64,000 nt of DNA from positions 2,822 to 66,821 of the forward strand of contig JALOTN010000001.1 in assembly GCA_025457885.1 (NCBI GenBank). Direction: 5' to 3'. Shown here piece by piece: positions 36,622 to 46,973 of this stretch. A program made the translations under genes and the position numbers. Every line of letters begins with the position of its first letter. Within the stretch, counting starts at the first letter, position 1. The stretch is from Thermoplasmatota archaeon. GTDB taxonomy: Archaea > Thermoplasmatota > E2 > DHVEG-1. The notes beneath the pieces are model-generated. The model did no database searches, was not told the DNA's origin, and was given only the letters and a program-made list of their open reading frames with translations.

Positions 36622-39564
36622 TTATCTTCCTTCGTTACAAGGCTCATACGGGTTAAACGCAGGGTCACCAAAGAGGATGTACTCCTGGAAGCTGACGTAT
36701 TTTGACTCCATCATCGGGCTAAGACCTTTTGAAGCGGTTGTCTTGTAGACATCCGATTGATCCACATTCTCCCCGATGTAGACATTTAATGGAGGAGACC
36801 ACCAGAGTTCCCAGTCTGCATCAGCAATTAGATAATTATTCTTCGCATTCCGAAGAGCTAATCCAACACTATAGTTGAATTTCTCCAGATTCGTACAGGT
36901 ATCCTCGTATATCTTCTCCCCGAAGTGGGCTTCAGGGAAAAGCTCCCGTTCCCATTGACCTTTTGCCTTGATGTACTTCAAGTAGGTCTGCAAGGGTAAA
37001 TCATATTTCCTGTTCTTTGGTTCAAGATACCCTCCCCCAATGTTCGAACCAGTCGGGGAAGCGATCAGGGAAGCCACTCCCGCATGCAACAAGGATTGCC
37101 CGATGTTTGCCTTTGAATACATCCCATCGAGTTTCCCGCAGATGCAGCTCTCCAGCCACATGAAGGACGGGCCCAGTTTCATGTTCGACACAGTCCGAGT
37201 TGTGTAATCACCAGCAGAACCCAGGTCCCCTCCAGGTCCGACAAAACCACCAGCGATTGGAACTAGTGTTTGTGTAAGCAACCATTTCATGATTGGGCCA
37301 CCAAGACCGGATGCGACAAGATCGTTCCCACCAACACCGAACAAGAACTGATTCCCATGACCATTCACAAACAAATAATTACTCGTCTCGAAGATCTCCC
37401 CACCGTTCACATTGCCTTCCCCGGAGATCCGGCGAATCTGCCATTTCTGAAAGAGAGCCTTGTTAAGAAGGTTGCTGCCCTTAATCTTTGATAAGGTATC
37501 CTCGCTAAGTCCCTTTACCATTCCTTCCTCATATAACGCCCCCTGTAGGTTAAAACCCAAAGGTTTTACTACCTCGACTGCGGCTCGGTGATACGTCATC
37601 TCTGCATATCCTGTAAATGCTTTCATGGGCTCTCCACGTTTAATCATCTTCAGGATGTCGCCGAAGACGAGATACCGGATCAAGGGTTTTTGGAAATCCT
37701 GCCCGCCACCAACGAGAAGACCGAAATTGTCCTTCCAAGTATCCAAATTATTTGTTAGGTCGTTATAGAATACGCTTTTCAGAATCAATGCACTGGCATC
37801 TTGGGCATCCCAGCCGGTGATCCGACCCACAATATTTTCGATGAATGGGTATTTCTCCTCAGTTTCACTATAAACGTCGTTTGCCATGTTCTCCCATTCA
37901 TACGGCACAGGATCAATATTCCCATACAAGACATCACTAGGAGTTCCACCACCGCAATAATAGGGAGTGTCATCCACACCATCCCCATCAATATCCCCCA
38001 GAGGTTCTGCATGATTTTGATAATAGTAATTCGGTAGAACAGTTGCATCACCAACTAAGGCGATGTACATCGGATCCTTCGCATAATAGTCCCGTAAGGT
38101 CTTAAGATCACGGGTATCATTCATTTGGATACCTGCAAGAAACGCCAACAGATTATTCAACGGTGCATGAATCTCATCAAAAAAATGCCTATTAGAAAGA
38201 GGCGCGAGCTTTGGGTTTTTCCCACCCACATAAATGCCTGGACATGTTTCTCCGTCATCGGTTATTTTATCATCATCAGCAGTGAACGCAAACTCTGGTT
38301 TTCCATACAGGATTCCTTGATGATATGCAGTAAGGTACGGAGCAACAGAAGAGAGCCCTTTCATCATGGGATAAACGGGGTTTTCAAGTTTTTCGACAAC
38401 AACCTTGACTGACACTTCTCCTTGTTTCTTCACTAGCCAACTTCCAGAGGCTGAAATCGTATAATCAACCCCACTACGATCGTACAACACTGATTCTGAA
38501 TAGAGGACATCTTTTATGATATTGCCACTTGAATCTCGCTGAGGGATACCACCTGCAGCGGTGGACCCAGGGGCGATCTCAAATTTCTGAAGCGCAGAAG
38601 GCAGCTCTTCTAGATTTGGTCCCATGGTGAATGTGATGGCATCTCCCATCTCATCGCAATATTCGGAATCATGGTTAATCCCCTCAAACTTCACTAATGC
38701 ATACTTATAATCCTGAGGAATAGTAAACACCCAGCTTGCAGAACCGCTCCCTGAAATCATGCCACGTAGCGCACGGAGCAGTTGACTTTGGGAACCAGTA
38801 CCAAGAATCGTTGGTCCAAAAGTGTACTCCTTACTATCCTGCACCACCGGTGGCCACGCATCCACAGGGTTCGTTAATGTGATATAATCGATTTCATGCT
38901 TCAGTTTTTGTTCAACAACGATGATTGTTGCCTCAACTATCTCCTCTGCGGATTTGAACTTTAAAACAGATCCGAATCCTTTTAGGTTTGTTCCACAGAT
39001 GATTGTTTTTTCGACGCCAAGATCATTGAGCACTCGGGTCACGTCCGCATCGACGGAATCCGTCACAATCACCGGTATCCTAAGATAAGATGCAATTGGT
39101 GTTGCTATGACGCCAAGCTCATATCCCTGTTCGTTGTTCTCAATAAGTAACGCTGCTTCACAATGATCCCAATAGTCCATGGCTATCCGTAAAGAAGCAT
39201 TTTTCGCAGATTCATCATGTTGGATAGTTTCAGCATATCCTGTTCGATGCAATTGATCTTGCAAACGAGTCACTGCAGTGGAAGGATTTGTAAAATTCAT
39301 GACATATAATGGGATGATCATCTGCTGACCGGATGCATCATAATTCACAGCCAAGGGTGTTGCAATCAAAGGGAAAAAGGGATTACATGGGCAGACAGTG
39401 ATCGATGCTGGCGTGTCTTTCAGGTCACCAGTGATATCAAGGAAATCAAGTGTTTTTACGGATTCTGCTGTGACTTGTTGTGGAACCCAGTAATAGACCC
39501 CGATCGCGGCAAAAACAAGGATAAGTACTCCGACGACTACGATGATTTTATCGTTCTTCATCAT
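36622..39564 (-). CDS. large secreted clan-CD cysteine peptidase homologue (C25/gingipain-like), membrane-anchored
   Basis: N-terminal TM anchor. Catalytic-type motifs NGHGNQF (His-Gly after a hydrophobic strand) and FMWLESCICG (Cys), about 75 aa apart. C-terminal ILFGDPAF. Paralogous to the 12369..15974 protein. Confidence 0.65.
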   Translation of the reverse strand: MMKNDKIIVVVGVLILVFAAIGVYYWVPQQVTAESVKTLDFLDITGDLKDTPASITVCPCNPFFPLIATPLAVNYDASGQQMIIPLYVMNFTNPSTAVTRLQDQLHRTGYAETIQHDESAKNASLRIAMDYWDHCEAALLIENNEQGYELGVIATPIASYLRIPVIVTDSVDADVTRVLNDLGVEKTIICGTNLKGFGSVLKFKSAEEIVEATIIVVEQKLKHEIDYITLTNPVDAWPPVVQDSKEYTFGPTILGTGSQSQLLRALRGMISGSGSASWVFTIPQDYKYALVKFEGINHDSEYCDEMGDAITFTMGPNLEELPSALQKFEIAPGSTAAGGIPQRDSSGNIIKDVLYSESVLYDRSGVDYTISASGSWLVKKQGEVSVKVVVEKLENPVYPMMKGLSSVAPYLTAYHQGILYGKPEFAFTADDDKITDDGETCPGIYVGGKNPKLAPLSNRHFFDEIHAPLNNLLAFLAGIQMNDTRDLKTLRDYYAKDPMYIALVGDATVLPNYYYQNHAEPLGDIDGDGVDDTPYYCGGGTPSDVLYGNIDPVPYEWENMANDVYSETEEKYPFIENIVGRITGWDAQDASALILKSVFYNDLTNNLDTWKDNFGLLVGGGQDFQKPLIRYLVFGDILKMIKRGEPMKAFTGYAEMTYHRAAVEVVKPLGFNLQGALYEEGMVKGLSEDTLSKIKGSNLLNKALFQKWQIRRISGEGNVNGGEIFETSNYLFVNGHGNQFLFGVGGNDLVASGLGGPIMKWLLTQTLVPIAGGFVGPGGDLGSAGDYTTRTVSNMKLGPSFMWLESCICGKLDGMYSKANIGQSLLHAGVASLIASPTGSNIGGGYLEPKNRKYDLPLQTYLKYIKAKGQWERELFPEAHFGEKIYEDTCTNLEKFNYSVGLALRNAKNNYLIADADWELWWSPPLNVYIGENVDQSDVYKTTASKGLSPMMESKYVSFQEYILFGDPAFNPYEPCNEGR

Positions 39565-39734
39565 GATTTAATCCTCCAACATGGATAATAATCTGTGTCT
39601 TTGTATATTTACAACATTCTATATAATAGTTTCTATTATTACTAGGAGAGGAGATTTTATGGAAAAAACACCTAATGAATGAATACGTTTAAGAAGGAAC
39701 CACTTATTACCACCACAAAAGGAGAAAAAACCGT

Positions 39735-40112
39735 ATGCCTGGTGAAGAAATACCCCCGCAACTACAAGATCAAATCAACAGATTACAGCAAGCACGTGCA
39801 CAGCTTCAGATGATCTCCCAACAACGACAACAGGTGGAGATCCAGCTGAAAGAAACAGAGGAGGCATTAAAGGAAATCGAAGCAGTGACTGAGAAAACAC
39901 CTATTTACAAAAGCATTGGTGCATTGCTGATTAAAACGAAAGGAAAAAGTGAGATAAAGAAAGAGTTAACCTCCACAAAAGAATCCCTGGAGTTGCGGAA
40001 AACAACCCTAGAAAAACAAGAAGGGCGCAGTAGAGAAAAACTCACTGAGCTGCAAAGCAAAGTAGAAAGCTCCTTGAAACTCGCTGGAGGAATAGGACCT
40101 CTCAATGGTTAA
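39735..40112 (+). CDS. pfdB: prefoldin beta subunit
   Basis: 125 aa coiled-coil / beta-hairpin / coiled-coil (...IYKSIGALLIKTKGKSEIKKEL...). AGGAG SD upstream. Confidence 0.75.
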   Translation: MPGEEIPPQLQDQINRLQQARAQLQMISQQRQQVEIQLKETEEALKEIEAVTEKTPIYKSIGALLIKTKGKSEIKKELTSTKESLELRKTTLEKQEGRSREKLTELQSKVESSLKLAGGIGPLNG

Positions 40113-40404
40113 AAAACATATTTTTTCTGCCCATTCTGATTTAAAGACAGGATTCTTCAGTAAATTGTTCCTCATCCTTGGAGTCGTCCTGCTTTTCATT
40201 TACCTTGTTGAGTTCGCAGCACATCCCCTGGGTTTGAGCGAGGATTTGAATGGCACCATCCTAGCGTTTGCCATCCTCTGCATCGGCTTAGGATTGATTT
40301 CCTATTTCTTCTCCTGTCAATTCTCAAAACTTTCAAAGATTGCAGAAGAAATTGAGACTGACGAGTCCCTCATCGACACCGAAGAACCCGATGAGGAACA
40401 CTAA
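40105..40404 (+). CDS. small membrane protein with acidic C-terminus, hypothetical
   Basis: Two TM helices. Overlaps the pfdB end by 8 nt. Confidence 0.3.
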   Translation: MVKKHIFSAHSDLKTGFFSKLFLILGVVLLFIYLVEFAAHPLGLSEDLNGTILAFAILCIGLGLISYFFSCQFSKLSKIAEEIETDESLIDTEEPDEEH

Positions 40405-40416
40405 TCTTTTTTTTTA

Positions 40417-41169
40417 TTATTTCCCATAGCGTCGTTTTCGGTGTTGATACGATCGTATCGCTAACAAAAAATCCCGTTTTTGTAACGCTGGCCAATACAT
40501 ATCACAGAAGTACAACTCGGAATACGCCAGCTGCCAGAGTAAAAAATTTGAGATTCGCTCCTCACCAGATGTCCGCAGAATCAAATCTGGGTCTGGCAAC
40601 CCACTCGTATAGAGATATGAAGAGACCGTGTTTTGGGAGATGTCCTTTACTTTCAACTTCCCTTTCTTGATATCGCCCCCCATCCGCTGGATCGCTTGAA
40701 TAATCTCCTCTCGACCACCGTATGCGAGTGCGATATTCAAATGATAGGATTTATATGATTTTGTTAATTCCATGATGGATTTTGCGGATTGCTGAATATC
40801 TTTTGGGAGCGAATCGAGCTTTCCAAGGATCCTTACGCGGACCTTGTTTCGATGGATCCTAGAATCCTCCTTTGCCAGATCCAACTCCTGCTTTAGCAAG
40901 ACCATTAAGGTCTTGACTTCTTTTTCACTTCGTTTGAAATTCTCTGTGGAGAATGCATAAATCGTCAGAACTCGTATCCCCAGGTCGAAACACCAGTCTA
41001 ATACCTCTTCAATCTTCTCTTTTCCGAAGATGTGTCCTGCTTCCACAGACAATCCGAGTTCTTTGGCGAACCTGCGGTTTCCATCCATGATGATCGCGAT
41101 GTGCCGCGGCAGTGGGTACTGTCGAATCTCCTCGAGGAGTTTGACGTCAAGAAACTCCTTGATTTTCAT
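40417..41169 (-). CDS. uppS: undecaprenyl-diphosphate synthase (cis-prenyltransferase)
   Basis: Start at internal MKIKEF; the track ORF has a 52-aa upstream extension. PRHIAIIMDGNRRFA, then ...ALAYGGREEI, then RTSGEERISNFLLWQ. Confidence 0.85.
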   Translation of the reverse strand: MKIKEFLDVKLLEEIRQYPLPRHIAIIMDGNRRFAKELGLSVEAGHIFGKEKIEEVLDWCFDLGIRVLTIYAFSTENFKRSEKEVKTLMVLLKQELDLAKEDSRIHRNKVRVRILGKLDSLPKDIQQSAKSIMELTKSYKSYHLNIALAYGGREEIIQAIQRMGGDIKKGKLKVKDISQNTVSSYLYTSGLPDPDLILRTSGEERISNFLLWQLAYSELYFCDMYWPALQKRDFLLAIRSYQHRKRRYGK

Positions 41170-41426
41170 GGAAAAAAATTGATAGAGAGAGGATCGGTAG
41201 AACGCTGCAAGAACCCGTTGCCCCGTCGTGGTCTGAATGACGTACTTTTCCCATTCGTTGATTTTCTTTCCAGCAAGGATTCTGAGTGTCGGTTTTTGAG
41301 AACTGATAGGGTTCCCTCCAGACAAATCAATAGTACTACCAATATATAGAGTTACTGATAATATTCATATGATAATAAAAATGAAAAGGGTATCCTCTAC
41401 AGAGAACGCTCTCCTCCGTTCTGCTC

Positions 41427-42140
41427 TTATGCATCTGTGGTAGTCGCATCGAGGATCTCCTCTTCGATTTCCTCGATTTCTTTTTCATACCCTATAGGAT
41501 CCTGAATCGCCCGGATGGTCTCCTGCAGTTCTTCTTTCTCACTGCCGGTAAGGTTCTTCATCTCAACGACCTGCTCAAGTAACGGGATGATATCTGTTCG
41601 CTCCTGTTTTACAAAATTATATGTGAAATCCTCGATGAGGAACCATCCTTTATACCGCCAGGGTTTCCCAATGTAATCCTTGGTAATCTTCACCATGAAC
41701 TCGTATGACTCAGGCCCAAGGATCCCAGTCAACCCACCCACCAGATACGAGTTATATTTTTTATTGTTAAACTGTTCCTCGATCTCCTCGATGAGTGGGG
41801 CGATCGACAGATCTCCGATGTCCTGCAACGCAAACATCGCTTCTTCATTTGCTAATGAATCATCGGTTTCTCGTTTTAAAAACGCGATCAACGCAGGGAT
41901 CGCCTGAGGGTCTTTGGTTTCACGGAAAATCGTTAAGGCAAAATAACAACTCCAGGTGAATTCCGTCTTAAGAAGTTCCAGGAGACTTGGGGTCGCCTGC
42001 GCACCCAACTCAATGAGATCCTTAATAGTCTGCAATGCGTACCTCCGGACATCCTCCTCTTCTTTTTCCATGAACTCCTCAGTGTCAAGTGATTGTAAAA
42101 AATCAATTTTATCCTGAGACATTTCGACCTGTTTTAACAT
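41427..42140 (-). CDS. HEAT/PBS-lyase-like repeat protein, hypothetical
   Basis: Repeated AIPALIAFL...D...VR-type helical repeats. Very acidic C-terminus. Confidence 0.4.
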   Translation of the reverse strand: MLKQVEMSQDKIDFLQSLDTEEFMEKEEEDVRRYALQTIKDLIELGAQATPSLLELLKTEFTWSCYFALTIFRETKDPQAIPALIAFLKRETDDSLANEEAMFALQDIGDLSIAPLIEEIEEQFNNKKYNSYLVGGLTGILGPESYEFMVKITKDYIGKPWRYKGWFLIEDFTYNFVKQERTDIIPLLEQVVEMKNLTGSEKEELQETIRAIQDPIGYEKEIEEIEEEILDATTTDA

Positions 42141-42477
42141 GATACCCCTCTGACTGGTAAACTGATGTATGTTACTTAAAGATTTGTCCGATGAGGAAAA
42201 ACATACAGATATATTTGGTGAATCAGAATGATTCGTTTCTTTTACCATGAGCCACCAAAACAATGGTCAGAACCAACTGTCGGAGAGAAGAGATGATATC
42301 AGAACCGAAATCATTCAGAAGGTGGAAAAACGGGAAGGTTCGAACTTTTTTTTATTTTCTTTTTTTCCATGTGACTTTTTAGTTTTTTCTGAGTAATCAT
42401 CTGTGATGTTTTGAGTAGGTCTCAATCAAAGAAGCAATAACTATTAATGAGGAGATAATTACACGTCGCGGGTATGT

Positions 42478-43194
42478 ATGGCAGCTATCGAAGTGAAAAA
42501 TCTCGTTAAGAGATATGGTTCGACTGATGCAGTGAAAGGAATCTCCTTTTCAATTAATGAAGGAGAAATCTTCGGATTGATTGGACCGAATGGTGCTGGG
42601 AAGACCACCACCTTGCGAGTCTTGGCTACCTTGCTTTCGATTAATGACGGTTCGGTAACAATATTAGGCTATGATTTGAGTAAACAAGCAGGGGAGATAC
42701 GGAAACTCATCAGCTATCTACCAGAGGATGCTGGTGCTTATAAAAATCTCACGGGGAGAGCATATCTTCAATTTATCGCTAATTTCTTTGATTCAAAAGA
42801 TGCACCGACCATGGTGAAGAAAGGCATTGAGATTACAGACCTGGGAAAACGTATCGATGACCGGGTCGATACCTATAGTAAAGGAATGATGCGACGATTG
42901 CTGGTTGGACGGGCGTTAATGACGAATCCGAAGATGGCTATTCTTGATGAGCCGACCTCCGGTCTTGATGTCATCAACGCCCAAGAGATTCGAAAACTCG
43001 TCAAAACCACGGCACAAGCAGGGACTACGGTTCTGCTTTCTTCTCATAATATGCTTGAGGTCGAGTACCTCTGTGATCGGATCGCGTTGATATCAGAAGG
43101 AAAAATCGTCGAAGAAGGAAAACCAAAAGCGTTAATGGAGAAGCATCAAGCACGAAACATTGAGGAAGTCTTCGTACGGACGGTGCATGAATGA
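42478..43194 (+). CDS. ABC transporter ATP-binding protein (ABC-2 type)
   Basis: Walker A GPNGAGKTT, signature YSKGMMRR (LSGG variant), Walker B ILDEPTSGLD, H-loop SSHNM. Confidence 0.85.
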   Translation: MAAIEVKNLVKRYGSTDAVKGISFSINEGEIFGLIGPNGAGKTTTLRVLATLLSINDGSVTILGYDLSKQAGEIRKLISYLPEDAGAYKNLTGRAYLQFIANFFDSKDAPTMVKKGIEITDLGKRIDDRVDTYSKGMMRRLLVGRALMTNPKMAILDEPTSGLDVINAQEIRKLVKTTAQAGTTVLLSSHNMLEVEYLCDRIALISEGKIVEEGKPKALMEKHQARNIEEVFVRTVHE

Positions 43195-44471
43195 GCGGCC
43201 TTGGGAATATTACGAAAAAAGAGATACGTGAGCTGATGACTCCAGCGACATTTGTTCCGATTATCCTTGTTGCTGCGATTTTTGCCACAATGGGAAACAG
43301 CATTCAAGGAATCCAGGATCAAGCAACGGAGCCGCCCACCATTGGTATCATTAATGAGGATACCAGCAGTTTTGGCATCATCGCCTCCGATATACTCCAT
43401 ACTAGAGCAAAATCAGTCTTTAACTCCACCTCCCTTTCAGAGTTGCAGGAGGGACTACAGACCGTCAAAGACCGGAACGGTGTTGCAATTATCATCATCC
43501 CAGAGAATTTCACCGGACGGATTATCCAAGAGCAACAAGGGACGTTCCAGGTCTATTGGATCATGAAAGGAGCAGGAATCATGGATACCATCTCCTCAGG
43601 TGCCGTCGAGGGTCTTATCGCCTATATCAACACCAACATCTCCAGAGAGCTTATCACCCAGAACTCAACAGTGAATGCGTCATTTGTGCTTTCACCGACC
43701 ATCCGACAGGAGACGACGTACTTCAAGGACCGCGAGTTTGTCGGCATCTCACCAAATACGATCTCAAGCATGCTGTCGTCGCAGTCCTTGCTGATCCCCA
43801 TCGTCATCATGATGATCATCATCATGGCAGGAGGCATTGTCATCACCTCAATGGCACTAGAAAAGGAGAATAAGACCCTTGAAACACTTTTAACACTCCC
43901 TGTCAAACGTACCAGTATCGTCTCAGGGAAGATCATCGCCGCAGCAGTCATCGGACTTATCCTTGCGGTCATCTACATGATCGGGATGCAGTTCTATTTC
44001 TCAGGCTTTCAATTCTCTGTGGGGGTAAACCTTGAGACATATGGTATTGTGTTAACCTCTATGGATTTCATCTGGATTGGACTATCTTTGTTCCTTGCCT
44101 TAATCGCAGGTCTTGCCTTGTGCATGCTTCTGGGGACTTTTGCGAAGAACTATAAAAGCGCACAGACCCTCACCTTCCCCATCACCATGCTGGCGATGAT
44201 CCCGATGTTCATCACCATGTTTGCGGATTTCGACACCTTACCAATGGCATTAAAAATCTTTACGTTCGCCATCCCGTTTTCTCATCCGATGCTTGCCCCA
44301 CGCGCACTCCTCTTCCATGATTACACCTTAGTGATTGGCGGTCTTATCTACGTCGCAGCGTTCGCCATCATCACCATCAGCATTGTTGTCTGGATATTCA
44401 AAACAGACCGACTCCTTGTAGGAACAACAAAATTCAAATGGCTCGCACCATTGGTACGACGCCGACGATAA
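43191..44471 (+). CDS. ABC-2 type transporter permease with large N-terminal extracytoplasmic domain
   Basis: 4-nt overlap with the ATPase. N-terminal TM, about 170-aa loop, then five TM segments. Confidence 0.75.
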   Translation: MSGLGNITKKEIRELMTPATFVPIILVAAIFATMGNSIQGIQDQATEPPTIGIINEDTSSFGIIASDILHTRAKSVFNSTSLSELQEGLQTVKDRNGVAIIIIPENFTGRIIQEQQGTFQVYWIMKGAGIMDTISSGAVEGLIAYINTNISRELITQNSTVNASFVLSPTIRQETTYFKDREFVGISPNTISSMLSSQSLLIPIVIMMIIIMAGGIVITSMALEKENKTLETLLTLPVKRTSIVSGKIIAAAVIGLILAVIYMIGMQFYFSGFQFSVGVNLETYGIVLTSMDFIWIGLSLFLALIAGLALCMLLGTFAKNYKSAQTLTFPITMLAMIPMFITMFADFDTLPMALKIFTFAIPFSHPMLAPRALLFHDYTLVIGGLIYVAAFAIITISIVVWIFKTDRLLVGTTKFKWLAPLVRRRR

Positions 44472-44592
44472 CCACACCAGAGAAAAATAGCGATACTTCA
44501 AGGGAAATCAGAGTACCAAGCCATCTGAAGCCATACCTGGTAGCAAAGGTTTTTATAGACAACCAGCTACTGTTTTTAATAGGGGATACAAT

Positions 44593-46479
44593 ATGAAGAA
44601 TCACACACATCATCAGAAATCACGAATATGGGAAAAAATGACCGGGTGGAAGGGCATCTGGTTCCATATCGCAGGCATCATTGCAATCATTTGGTTCCTA
44701 GTAAGAGTCGTGCCGAAACCACAACGGGCACAATACCCTTGCCAACAGGTCGCTATGTCCCTCTCTCTAGGATACATTGCCTTTTGGAGCATTCTTTTCA
44801 CTGGTTTAATCGTCTGGTTACGCACTGCTAAAACACGGTTCGCTAAAACTCTTCCAACGATTGCGACAGCATTTATTGTCGTATTCACCATCACCGGTGC
44901 CGTGTTTGCCACCAATTATCTCCAAACAGAACCACAACCTTCCGCGATGTCCTGGGACCCTATCCCAAAAGACCCCATGGGAACCGGAACCGGAGGGACC
45001 CCTGGTGGAGTCGTCTGGGTGTGGAACCCCAACGCTACAGAGAGAGAACTCACAGGATACTGGTGGGAACAACAAAATAACAACCAAGAAATCATTGATC
45101 AGATGTTCTCCTTAGGGATCCAAGGATACACGGGAACATCAACAGATGTAGATGCCTGGGGCGCACTTTTTACCTATTTCAATGAAGCCCATGGAAATGG
45201 GACCATCGGGTATCAACCCGGGGAAAAAATCGCGATAAAAATAAATCTGAATAATGCACTTGGGGGTGTTGGTGATCCCTATCCCAAAGAGGATAATGAC
45301 CGAGACGCTAGCCCCTACGTCATCAAAGCATTGCTCCACCAATTAGTCACTGTTGTTGGCGTCGCCCAAGAAGACATCACCCTTTTTGATGCCTCTCGAC
45401 CTATCCTTAACTATCTTTACAACCGAATCTATTATAAGAACTACCCAGCAGACCCCCTCATCGAAGAATTCCCAGACATTCACTACGTCGACTCATTAGG
45501 AGGAGCAACGGGTCGAGAACAAGTCATTCCAAGTTCGACACATCTGTATTTCTCCGATGGCGTTACTCGGACGCTTCCCACCTGTGTCGTCGAAGCTAAA
45601 TATATCATCAATATGCCCTTGCTGAAACGACATCCGATCAACACCGGTGTCACCCTCTCAGGGAAGAACTACTTCGGATGCTTCATCGAACCGGTTGCTG
45701 ATATCCACCCGTATCATATCTCGGGCCTCACTATGGGAAACCCTGCACCACAAGTGGATCTCTTCGCCTATGAACATCTCGGAGGAAAAACACTCTTGTA
45801 TCTCGGAGATGGGACCTTTGCTACTAAAGTAGACCATCGGACCATCGCGAAATTCCAGATGTACCCCTTCAACGATGATTGGACAAACAGTCTGTTCTTC
45901 TCGCAAGACCCCGTCGCCGTTGATTCTGTGATGTATGATTTCCTATTCACCGAAGGGACCAACCCCATTGAAGGAGCCCAGAATTACCTCCACCAATCAG
46001 CTGTACCCACGCCAAACACCTATGACCCAGAGGATGATGGCATCTACCTCTCCGCAAGTCTAGGGGTCCACGAGCACTGGGACAGAACCGTTGATATCTT
46101 CTCTACAGAGAGATACTCTGGGGTTGGTGGCGATGGGATTGATTATCGCACCTTTGGAGAAGAGTTCGTCCGACCAGGGGTCGTGTTCATCAACCCACAG
46201 GAAAAACATCTCTACCTCTTCGGCACTGATAAAGGAGCGTTCCCCGTCTCGCTCATTATCGGGAAGATAGACGTTGAAGCACAACTCAACGGAGTCTCGG
46301 GAACTGTTGAAAAAATAGAGTTTTATGTTGATAACAAACTCCAATTCAGTGATACAGAAGCACCTTATCTCTGGACATGGACCAAACTGTCGATCTTCAG
46401 CCATACTGTGAAGGTCATTGCGTATTACGACGCAGTCAATACCACAAGCAATGAAATAAAAGTCTGGAAACTCCTCTGA
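44593..46479 (+). CDS. membrane-anchored extracytoplasmic protein with DUF362-like core and C-terminal Ig-like domain
   Basis: Two N-terminal TM helices. The central region (IKINLN...LLKRHPINTGVTLSGKNYFGCF...) matches DUF362 from memory. Beta-rich C-terminus. Confidence 0.4.
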   Translation: MKNHTHHQKSRIWEKMTGWKGIWFHIAGIIAIIWFLVRVVPKPQRAQYPCQQVAMSLSLGYIAFWSILFTGLIVWLRTAKTRFAKTLPTIATAFIVVFTITGAVFATNYLQTEPQPSAMSWDPIPKDPMGTGTGGTPGGVVWVWNPNATERELTGYWWEQQNNNQEIIDQMFSLGIQGYTGTSTDVDAWGALFTYFNEAHGNGTIGYQPGEKIAIKINLNNALGGVGDPYPKEDNDRDASPYVIKALLHQLVTVVGVAQEDITLFDASRPILNYLYNRIYYKNYPADPLIEEFPDIHYVDSLGGATGREQVIPSSTHLYFSDGVTRTLPTCVVEAKYIINMPLLKRHPINTGVTLSGKNYFGCFIEPVADIHPYHISGLTMGNPAPQVDLFAYEHLGGKTLLYLGDGTFATKVDHRTIAKFQMYPFNDDWTNSLFFSQDPVAVDSVMYDFLFTEGTNPIEGAQNYLHQSAVPTPNTYDPEDDGIYLSASLGVHEHWDRTVDIFSTERYSGVGGDGIDYRTFGEEFVRPGVVFINPQEKHLYLFGTDKGAFPVSLIIGKIDVEAQLNGVSGTVEKIEFYVDNKLQFSDTEAPYLWTWTKLSIFSHTVKVIAYYDAVNTTSNEIKVWKLL

Positions 46480-46535
46480 GATACAGAGACACTTCACCCA
46501 GCAGAAAAGAACATCCCTTGAATGAATCTTCAACC

Positions 46536-46838
46536 CTAGGTGCATTCTTCTTTTTCATTTTTTTTAAAATGCTTCAAAATCATATATAAAATGAGTGTCA
46601 GAATACCCCATAACAACAAGGCAGCAATCAAGAGAATCCATAAAGGAATGCTTGGGAGTGTTGACACTGCGATGGTCGTCGAATGATTGATTTGCATATC
46701 TGAAAGAATCTGAGGAAGTCTGTCCCACATATCAAGTAACGGTTGAATGAAAAGAACGGAGACGACGAATGCACAAACCCAGATGATACCGACAGAAATG
46801 ATCATCGCATAGGAGAGCAGTTTCCAATCCACGTTCAT
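46536..46838 (-). CDS. small membrane protein, hypothetical
   Basis: Three hydrophobic helices. Confidence 0.3.
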   Translation of the reverse strand: MNVDWKLLSYAMIISVGIIWVCAFVVSVLFIQPLLDMWDRLPQILSDMQINHSTTIAVSTLPSIPLWILLIAALLLWGILTLILYMILKHFKKNEKEECT

Positions 46839-46973
46839 CTAGTATTAATGTGTCTTCAGCTATATGAACATATAGCAAAACTCATTATCTATTCATGGTA
46901 AGCATTACGAATAAGCAGGCGTGGTGATAGTCGAACCAATGACTAAAATGCGAGGAGAAATCTGATAGATTTT

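Noticed and set aside
41170-41325. 52-aa N-terminal extension of uppS in the ORF track (MSGGNPISSQKPTLRIL...)
   Set aside because: The conserved UppS core starts about 20 aa after the internal MKIKEF. The extension has no counterpart in known cis-prenyltransferases, so the internal ATG was preferred as the start.
46926-46940. tRNA-like T-arm sequence (ggtgatagtcgaacc) between the membrane ORF and the toxin gene
   Set aside because: The flanks do not form T-stem or acceptor pairing. It may be a coincidental or highly degraded remnant.
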